This document shows, one piece after another, positions 18,121 through 23,714 of a DNA stretch of 23,714 nucleotides (position 1 is its first letter; each line of letters starts with the position of its first letter). Under the pieces are notes generated by a model. That model did not search any database. It saw nothing but the letters and a program-made list of their open reading frames with translations, and was not told where the DNA came from. The position numbers and the translations under genes are program-made. Origin of the DNA: an uncultured virus (IMG/VR IMGVR_UViG_3300008113_000027) (Duplodnaviria > Heunggongvirae > Uroviricota > Caudoviricetes); IMG/VR virus record IMGVR_UViG_3300008113_000027. One strand, 5' to 3'.

Positions 18121-18653
18121 AGTTTGCGGTCTTTTAAAGCCTTTAATGATTTAGTATGTAAAGCATCTCTTCCTTCAAGTATAAGATATTCAGTTCCCTC
18201 TCTTATTCTTTTAGCCAATTCTCTTTTACTATTTCTATTAGGACAATAAGTATAAAAATATTTATTACCTAAAGTTACTGCTGTTCTTGACCACATAAAT
18301 CTATATCCTACACCATCACTATGCTCATTAAAATTATATATTTTTTTTTCTTGTTGCTTACATTCTTCACAAGATTTCCATAGTTTTTTAGTTTCAATCC
18401 AATCTATAGATAATCCTGATATTCCTTTTTCTGTTACTTTAATATTTTTCTTTTTACCTACTACTTGTACAACTCCTAATTTACCTGGTAAATAAACTGT
18501 TTCACCTTTTAATACACATTCCATTATATAATCATTAAATCCATTTAACAGTTTAAGGTATTCAGGTTTAGTAAGTTTTCTTTTAAATTCTGATTTTTTA
18601 AAATAATTTTTGTATGCTGTTTGTATTGATTCTAATATTTTTCCTTTACTCAT
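18117..18653 (-). CDS. HU/IHF-like DNA-binding protein (crAss-type), 178 aa
   Basis: Highly basic. A helix followed by GETVYLPGKLGVVQV resembles the HU/IHF beta-arm start; IDWxETKKLW...NEHSDG...FMW...RELAKRI. Canonical crAss position upstream of the tail tubular gene. Confidence 0.78.
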   Translation of the reverse strand: MSKGKILESIQTAYKNYFKKSEFKRKLTKPEYLKLLNGFNDYIMECVLKGETVYLPGKLGVVQVVGKKKNIKVTEKGISGLSIDWIETKKLWKSCEECKQQEKKIYNFNEHSDGVGYRFMWSRTAVTLGNKYFYTYCPNRNSKRELAKRIREGTEYLILEGRDALHTKSLKALKDRKL

Positions 18654-18654
18654 A

Positions 18655-19347
18655 TTACTTAGTTGTCTGTTCTGGGTTATCCTTACTGTTATTAGATGAA
18701 TCTTCTTGTGCTTGATTAAATATTGCTATTAATTCTTGTACACTTAATTCTATTGCAGCATCTATCATAGAATTATCTAAGTGAAACTCTCTATCAAATA
18801 CTGATAAACAATCATCTACTGTAGGACAATACATTGGATAATTGTACCCTTCAACTGGGTCTTCTAATAATATTTCTATTCTTATTACTTCAGTATCATT
18901 TTTAGCAGTAACATAAAGATACTCACCTGATATAAAGTAATCAGGTTTTTGAGAAGTATATTTATCAAACTGTTTATATTTTTTATCTTGCCAAGTTAAT
19001 TCAGAAAATACTATATTGCCATCTAAAGAGGTAACACTTTTAATAATGTGCCCATTCATTCCTGACAATGGTTTTGGAAGTGGATATTTAGTTTTATAAA
19101 TACAACATCCTAATGGAGGAATACAAGGACATTCAGTTATTGGTGCTACAACAAGTTCAACACAAGGCAATACTTGATAGTTAATGTTTGCTATAAATTG
19201 TTTTTTGTTTACTCTTTCATAAAGTAATCTTCCTCTTATAGTTTTAAGCTTACTATATATATGTCTTGAATTTAATCTACTATCATCAGACTTTACACCT
19301 TTAGAATATAAAGCTTGTATTCGTTGTATAATTTCTTTAATAGTCAT
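18655..19347 (-). CDS. Putative tail ring / head-tail connector protein, 230 aa
   Basis: N-terminal MTIKEIIQRI...SDDSRLNSRHI, central beta region (YFISGEYLYV...LEDP) and C-terminal helix plus D-x-x-N-N tail resemble crAss ring proteins. Position is consistent. Confidence 0.65.
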   Translation of the reverse strand: MTIKEIIQRIQALYSKGVKSDDSRLNSRHIYSKLKTIRGRLLYERVNKKQFIANINYQVLPCVELVVAPITECPCIPPLGCCIYKTKYPLPKPLSGMNGHIIKSVTSLDGNIVFSELTWQDKKYKQFDKYTSQKPDYFISGEYLYVTAKNDTEVIRIEILLEDPVEGYNYPMYCPTVDDCLSVFDREFHLDNSMIDAAIELSVQELIAIFNQAQEDSSNNSKDNPEQTTK

Positions 19348-19360
19348 CTTAAGTTATTAA

Positions 19361-20074
19361 TTATGATGTTAAGAATTCTTTTAATTGAATTGTAAAGTCA
19401 TTACATTTTCTTACTTCATAAGTACCATTCTCTTTTAACCAAATTACAATTCTTTCTTTTGGTTCTAATCCTAATTGTTCTAACAGGATTTGATAATAAG
19501 ATAATTGAATTTGATATTTACAATAAGGTGTGTTGGGAGTATATTCAAAAGGATATAACAAATTACCATACTGTTTATCTAAATCAATATTAGTTTTATA
19601 GTCAGCTATTACTAAATGATTTTCTTTATTATTCCATAACAACAAATCAGCAGTTCCTGCATACTCATATTCTAATGAATACATTTTTAATTCAGTAGCT
19701 ATTACACTATAATCATTAGATAAAATATAATCATTTATAAATTGCTTACCTGCAAGTTCTTGTTTACAAGATGGTTCAATACTATTGTCTTCAATATAAT
19801 TTTCATTAAACAAATGTACTCTAGTTCCTTTAGTTGTAGAGTATTCTCTTTTATCTTCCCATTGTTTTAGTATAGTATTTGTTTTTACATTTTTCTTTCT
19901 TGCAACATTTGCAGCTACTTCTACTTCTTTAAATTCATGAACGTGTTTCTTAATCATTGAAGATACTGAGTTAAGTATTTTATTATTTACTTTATACAAA
20001 TGTCTTCCTTCTTCAAATTCTAAATCTAAAAATGCATTGTTAATAATTTCTTGAACTTCTTGTAACTTTAACAT
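19361..20074 (-). CDS. PD-(D/E)XK (RecB-like) nuclease, ~237 aa
   Basis: Motifs SVS, GTRVH, E-x-K-M...AGTADLL...IADYKT and YQIQLSYY. The track start at 20128 is a TTG that reads through the hairpin, so ATG at 20074 (MLKLQEV) is preferred. Confidence 0.85.
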   Translation of the reverse strand: MLKLQEVQEIINNAFLDLEFEEGRHLYKVNNKILNSVSSMIKKHVHEFKEVEVAANVARKKNVKTNTILKQWEDKREYSTTKGTRVHLFNENYIEDNSIEPSCKQELAGKQFINDYILSNDYSVIATELKMYSLEYEYAGTADLLLWNNKENHLVIADYKTNIDLDKQYGNLLYPFEYTPNTPYCKYQIQLSYYQILLEQLGLEPKERIVIWLKENGTYEVRKCNDFTIQLKEFLTS

Positions 20075-20107
20075 AAAAAAGATATTTGTTTGAGTAACAA
20101 ATATCTT
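20075..20107 (-). terminator. Perfect 12-bp inverted repeat followed by a T run; terminator-like or regulatory hairpin
   Basis: aagatatttgtt (20079-20090) - tgagt loop - aacaaatatctt (20096-20107). On the minus strand it is followed by TTTT and then the ATG. The stem is AT-rich, so terminator strength is uncertain. Confidence 0.55.
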
Positions 20108-20135
20108 AATTTTTATTGAGAGTTTCAATTTAATC

Positions 20136-20444
20136 TTAATTATTCTTTTCTAATCTTTCAACTAAATTAAGAAGTTTTTTCATTAATGCAGTATTATTTT
20201 CTATAACATGATTATTAGAATTAACTGTTTCTAATAATGTAGTTCTATCTTCTGCAACATATTTTAATAACTGGTCTTCTATTTCTTTAAGTCTAGTTTC
20301 ATTTTTCTTATGAAGTGCAAAAAATTGTTTTCCCATAAAATAAATAATTGCAATCATAATTATAGCAAAAATACCAAGAACACCATAATTAACTAAATTT
20401 GATATAGCATTAGTTTCTGAAATTTGTAAGAATAAATGTTTCAT
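20136..20444 (-). CDS. Holin-like membrane protein (single TM plus coiled coil), 102 aa
   Basis: TM segment YGVLGIFAIIMIAIIYFMG followed by a charged coiled coil (BhlA/UviB-like layout); two genes from the lysin. Confidence 0.65.
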   Translation of the reverse strand: MKHLFLQISETNAISNLVNYGVLGIFAIIMIAIIYFMGKQFFALHKKNETRLKEIEDQLLKYVAEDRTTLLETVNSNNHVIENNTALMKKLLNLVERLEKNN

Positions 20445-20461
20445 TTTGTGGAGATTTTTAT

Positions 20462-20650
20462 TTATTTGTATTCAATTATAGGTAAATATTTGACCCACCA
20501 ACAGTCTATGTTTTCATTGTAATAAATCTGATACAAAGGTAATATCCAAATTCCATTTGTCATTCTTAATGGAGTAAAAATATGACCTTCGGTATAATAT
20601 TTATTTAATAAGTATTTTCTTTCGTCTTCATCAAGTAGTCCACCAAGCAT
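20462..20650 (-). CDS. Small hypothetical phage protein, 62 aa
   Basis: Coupled to the lysin by a TAATG overlap and fills the gap to the holin-like gene; aromatic-rich (WWVKYLPIIEY). Confidence 0.7.
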   Translation of the reverse strand: MLGGLLDEDERKYLLNKYYTEGHIFTPLRMTNGIWILPLYQIYYNENIDCWWVKYLPIIEYK

Positions 20651-21276
20651 TATATTTTAAATAGTGTAAGGTTACAAAGTTGTTTATTAGTAAAAATTTT
20701 AATCATTTCAAACCAATATTTATCAGGAACAACATTACATCCTGCACTCCAGTTATCAACCCATGAACCAAATCCTCCTTTATGCCAATTCATACCATAT
20801 AATCCAGTAGTAATAATAGCAGTATCAATATTTCTATCTTTATTACCATCTCTATATATTTTTATAGGACTAGTTTGCATAAAATAAGGAGCACCTAACC
20901 ACAAAGATTTCCAATTAGCACTAGTTACAAAAGTATGAGAACCTATTACTTGTTGTTCACAAGCTATAGCTGTACCAGTTATACCACCTACAGTTAAAGG
21001 ATTAAATACATAAAAGTCACCTGCTGTTGTACTACAAGGTACAACCATATCTGCTTTGCTATTATTAAATCTAACAGCATAGTCAGAAAACTTATTATCA
21101 AGTACTTGGTCAGTTCTAATAAAAACTATATCATTTTTAGGATGTACCCAACTACGTTTATTGAGTTCATCAAGTACAAAGTAATGAGCACCTTCTAATG
21201 ATTTAGGTCCTATTATACCATCAATAGTTAAACTATAGTAACCTCTATCTTTGAGTATCTGTTGAAATTGTTTCAC
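20650..21276 (-). CDS. Putative endolysin: peptidoglycan-binding N-terminus plus YkuD/L,D-transpeptidase-like catalytic domain, 208 aa
   Basis: FQQILKDRGYY...IDGIIGPKS is a PG_binding_1-like DGxxG motif. GMNWHKGG...WSAGCNV gives an H...SxGC motif (20737-20784). GTG start overlaps the upstream TAG. Confidence 0.72.
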   Translation of the reverse strand: MKQFQQILKDRGYYSLTIDGIIGPKSLEGAHYFVLDELNKRSWVHPKNDIVFIRTDQVLDNKFSDYAVRFNNSKADMVVPCSTTAGDFYVFNPLTVGGITGTAIACEQQVIGSHTFVTSANWKSLWLGAPYFMQTSPIKIYRDGNKDRNIDTAIITTGLYGMNWHKGGFGSWVDNWSAGCNVVPDKYWFEMIKIFTNKQLCNLTLFKI

Positions 21277-22088
21277 TATGCTTGTCTATTTAATAATGTT
21301 TGATATGCTTGTATAACATTGTAAAAGTTTGCCATTTCCGTAGTTGTTAAATTAGAATTTGCTATATAAAATAAACTATATTGTCGGTTATCGTATGAGT
21401 TAATAGTTGATGTACCTACTCTTCTTGCAGAAAATAGCATACTATTAGTTGGAACAACTCCTGTACTTTTTGCAGTTGTTGCTATTAGTGTACTGTCTTT
21501 ATATATAACTTTTTGCGCTGTATTTGTTGAATTAACTCCAATAGACCACAAACCTTTTAATGTATTATTATTGACAAATACACCTTGTGATTGATTATCG
21601 TGTACAGCCCAATAACATTGATTATCGCCTGAAAATTTTATTACTAATCCATATCCTTCATATATAGCATCTACTACTCCAAATGCAGAACCTGTTGTAG
21701 CTGTTGTTGTAGTTGTATATGCCCCCATCATACCAGTATTAGCTGTAAGATGTGCTGAAGGTACAAAAAATGTATCAGCATACCCTGTTGTTCCATTAGC
21801 TTGTACACCAAGAGAAGAATGTGTCCAACCTCCAACAAAGTTAAGTCTGAAAGCTGCATTAGTATCTAAAGGAGTTTTTAAGTTCCATTTGTGGCTTGAT
21901 GCAGTACCACCAACAAAAGGATATAAAGCAGATAGTTTAGTCCACACTCCAATGATTTTAGTATAAACAACTAAAAAGTTAATAGCTGTTTTTTGAATAT
22001 CATTTGTTATTCCTGCTGCCGTAATAAAAGCCTGCGCATCGGCATCAAAAGTAGGACCACTTACTCTTGCTTTAATATAAATACCCAT
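21276..22088 (-). CDS. LamG/concanavalin-A-like beta-sandwich virion accessory/adhesin protein, ~270 aa
   Basis: DADAQAFITAAGIT N-terminal helix, LYPFVGG...NL, beta-rich Thr/Asn/Gly body, and C-terminal LTTTEMANFY helix typical of LamG-like ends. The ATG at 22088 lies just past the upstream stop and is preferred over the track start at 22115. Confidence 0.6.
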   Translation of the reverse strand: MGIYIKARVSGPTFDADAQAFITAAGITNDIQKTAINFLVVYTKIIGVWTKLSALYPFVGGTASSHKWNLKTPLDTNAAFRLNFVGGWTHSSLGVQANGTTGYADTFFVPSAHLTANTGMMGAYTTTTTATTGSAFGVVDAIYEGYGLVIKFSGDNQCYWAVHDNQSQGVFVNNNTLKGLWSIGVNSTNTAQKVIYKDSTLIATTAKSTGVVPTNSMLFSARRVGTSTINSYDNRQYSLFYIANSNLTTTEMANFYNVIQAYQTLLNRQA

Positions 22089-22090
22089 TA

Positions 22091-22327
22091 TTAAACTACA
22101 AATTGATTTAACCAATTATTTACCATATTAGGTACATCTGTATCTTCCCAAGTATCTACATAAGGCATATCTTCTGCTCTCAATCCAAATGTAGCATCAT
22201 TAGCAATTAACTTAATATCAACAGACAAAAGTTTATCTACTGCTTTATCTGATATAGTATTTAGATTTACTTCCATAATGTCAGTAGTAATTTCTACTTG
22301 AAACTGAGGAAATTTATATGTAGCCAT
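22091..22327 (-). CDS. Small acidic hypothetical protein, 78 aa (possible fibre/adhesin companion)
   Basis: Fills the gap between the two lectin-like genes, with an A-rich leader. Function is inferred from position only. Confidence 0.7.
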   Translation of the reverse strand: MATYKFPQFQVEITTDIMEVNLNTISDKAVDKLLSVDIKLIANDATFGLRAEDMPYVDTWEDTDVPNMVNNWLNQFVV

Positions 22328-22344
22328 TGTATTATTTTTTTATG

Positions 22345-22938
22345 TTATGAAAGTGTTGTTCCTGTTACGGTGAAAGTACGGCAGGGGATGTATTGTAATA
22401 CTGATAATTGAGATGTAGAAATAAATAAATTACTTGTACCTGAACTTAAATGAAATGATTGATTTGTGACAGCTGGATTTGTTGTAGATGTCCATAAATC
22501 AAAACCAGCAGCTGTTGTAAATGGAGTATAATTTAATTTCCCAGAACCTCCAAAAATTTGAATACTAAATAATTCTTGTACATTAGGCAATCTCCAACCA
22601 CTTGTAAATGGCGCAATACTAACAATTAAAGCGCCATCAATTGCGCTTGCCCAATTGCTTGAACTTCTTGTCCTTCTCCATCCTAAAACCGTACTACCGT
22701 CATATGTTGACCAATCAATCACAATATTTTTTGTGTATGTTTGACCACCTAACTCATCGGTAAAACGATTTGTGTTGCCAAAAACATTGTTTTCAGCAAG
22801 AAGAAAAAAACTAACATTTCTACCACGTTCCAAATCACCATCATCACCTGTACGATAACTTGTAGTTTGTCCAGTTTTCATTAACTGCGCTGTGCTTCTG
22901 CTACTACTTGGTGGCACTGCTTTTATATATGTATCCAT
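22345..22938 (-). CDS. DUF1566 (Lcl C-terminal, C-type-lectin fold) protein, 197 aa
   Basis: KTGQTTSY...DDG, RFTD, VID...LGW, WASA, GWRLPNVQELFSI, WTST and terminal CR are the DUF1566 signature. Confidence 0.85.
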   Translation of the reverse strand: MDTYIKAVPPSSSRSTAQLMKTGQTTSYRTGDDGDLERGRNVSFFLLAENNVFGNTNRFTDELGGQTYTKNIVIDWSTYDGSTVLGWRRTRSSSNWASAIDGALIVSIAPFTSGWRLPNVQELFSIQIFGGSGKLNYTPFTTAAGFDLWTSTTNPAVTNQSFHLSSGTSNLFISTSQLSVLQYIPCRTFTVTGTTLS

Positions 22939-22940
22939 AG

Positions 22941-23714
22941 TTATGCTTTAGTAATGTTTAAGTTAATAACTGCTGCTGTGCTTACTGTAACTGTTATCTT
23001 ACTACCTTTTATAATAGTATTAGTTAAAGTATAAGCTGCACCATCATCAAGTATTGTAGTAGTAGGACTATTTAATACAGTTGTTACAGTATTTATTTTT
23101 AAATCATAAGGAGCATAAAAATCAACAGTAAGTGTATCAATCAACTCTATTGTATAAACTATACCACTATTAACCCAAAGGCTACCATCATATTCTAAAC
23201 TATCTCCTTTTTGTAAGTTTGTTATTTTTACATCATGAAGTTCATCAATCTCATATCCATTCTGTACTCTTACATACATTCTACCAGAACTACCATTACT
23301 TGCAGTTGTAACTACACCAAGATAAACTAAATGATTTGGAGCAGATGGTTTTACCTTAGTAATACTTCCATCAGTTGCACCTAAATATACAGGGTCACCA
23401 TCAGACCAAGTTGCAGTTGGAAGAATACTCAATCCATCCAACAAACCTTGCATCATTATAATGCCTTTTTGATTTGCTGCAATAGATGTAGACATTACTA
23501 TGCCAACAGTTTGTGCTGAAGTTGCATCACTTGAATTATTTGCCCTTTTAACAGTCATTCTGTCACCTGTACCACCAAAAGCATAAACAGGCATCCCTTT
23601 AGTTAATGTAACACTATCGGCATTTGTAACATAAGAAAATAAACTATTTGATGTAGTACCTATACATTGAAATCCGTTAGTAGTAGAATTATAAACGCAT
23701 AGCATTTCAGAGCC
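22941..23714 (-). CDS. Tail-fibre-like structural protein, C-terminal part (5' truncated by the window)
   Basis: The frame stays open to the edge (GGC TCT GAA ATG...), so the track's Met at 23705 is probably internal. Contains a TLTKGMPVY...GDPVYL beta domain and an IDELHDVKIT...GDSLEYDGSLWVN fibre repeat. Confidence 0.7.
   Translation of the reverse strand, partial: GSEMLCVYNSTTNGFQCIGTTSNSLFSYVTNADSVTLTKGMPVYAFGGTGDRMTVKRANNSSDATSAQTVGIVMSTSIAANQKGIIMMQGLLDGLSILPTATWSDGDPVYLGATDGSITKVKPSAPNHLVYLGVVTTASNGSSGRMYVRVQNGYEIDELHDVKITNLQKGDSLEYDGSLWVNSGIVYTIELIDTLTVDFYAPYDLKINTVTTVLNSPTTTILDDGAAYTLTNTIIKGSKITVTVSTAAVINLNITKA

Larger units (their letters stand above)
1..23714 (-). mobile_element. 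Virion/late gene block of a crAss-like (Crassvirales-type) bacteriophage, probable Bacteroidota host
   Basis: Co-oriented, gap-free genes in the order ring protein - HU/IHF - tail tubular - muzzle/stabiliser - three very large proteins, which is the known crAss-like arrangement. No host genes or integrase in the window. Starts lack clear Shine-Dalgarno motifs, as expected for Bacteroidota. Confidence 0.88.

Noticed and set aside
19361..20074. Cas4 / CRISPR association of the nuclease
   Set aside because: The four-cysteine Fe-S pattern of Cas4 is absent, and I saw no repeat-spacer array in the window.
20075..20128. Track start of the nuclease at TTG 20128
   Set aside because: The extension runs through the inverted repeat and has no nuclease-like sequence; ATG 20074 is more plausible.
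22089..22115. Track start of the LamG-like ORF at 22115
   Set aside because: It overlaps the 78-aa gene out of frame. ATG 22088 follows that gene's stop directly and yields the shared MxxYIKA start.
22345..22520. DUF1566 3' end as a diversity-generating retroelement variable repeat (GC-rich ATCCCCTGCCGT near the end)
   Set aside because: DUF1566 is a known DGR target fold, but there is no template repeat or reverse transcriptase in the window, and many codons here end in A rather than the AAY-derived pattern. It cannot be excluded without the rest of the genome.
1..23714. CTAG avoidance (several rare CGT Arg codons follow NCT codons)
   Set aside because: About twenty CTAG sites are present by eye, so any depletion is mild and needs computation.
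1..23714. tRNA, rRNA, introns, inteins, integrase or transposase
   Set aside because: Almost no intergenic space, uninterrupted reading frames and no recognisable motifs.

Overview
A 23.7-kb, AT-rich segment of a lytic crAss-like (Crassvirales-type, Bacteroidota-infecting) podovirus. It covers the late/virion gene block, and every credible gene is on the minus strand and tightly packed. In transcription order (right to left): a 5'-truncated tail-fibre-like gene, a DUF1566 C-type-lectin-fold protein with a 78-aa companion, a LamG/ConA-like protein, a YkuD-like (H...SxGC) lysin with a peptidoglycan-binding N-terminus, a 62-aa protein, a single-TM holin-like protein, a PD-(D/E)XK nuclease behind a perfect hairpin, a ring protein, an HU/IHF-like protein, a tail tubular (ring) protein, a 1543-aa muzzle/tail-stabilisation protein, and three putative ejected cargo proteins. 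These are 1757 aa, 815 aa, and a >1586-aa ORF that the ORF track missed because it runs off the left edge. The most striking features are: (i) the 1757-aa cargo protein is a string of discrete modules (zincin protease, two small basic domains, a ~13-strand amphipathic beta-barrel-like domain) delimited by recurring Phi-x-x-GG motifs, suggesting a processed polyprotein payload; (ii) a 67-residue hydrophobic hairpin inside the muzzle; (iii) two unrelated lectin-like genes that share an N-terminal MxxYIKA peptide and are CpG-rich islands in a genome nearly free of CpG and GATC. Family assignments come from motif recognition and gene order, not database searches, and counts are by eye.
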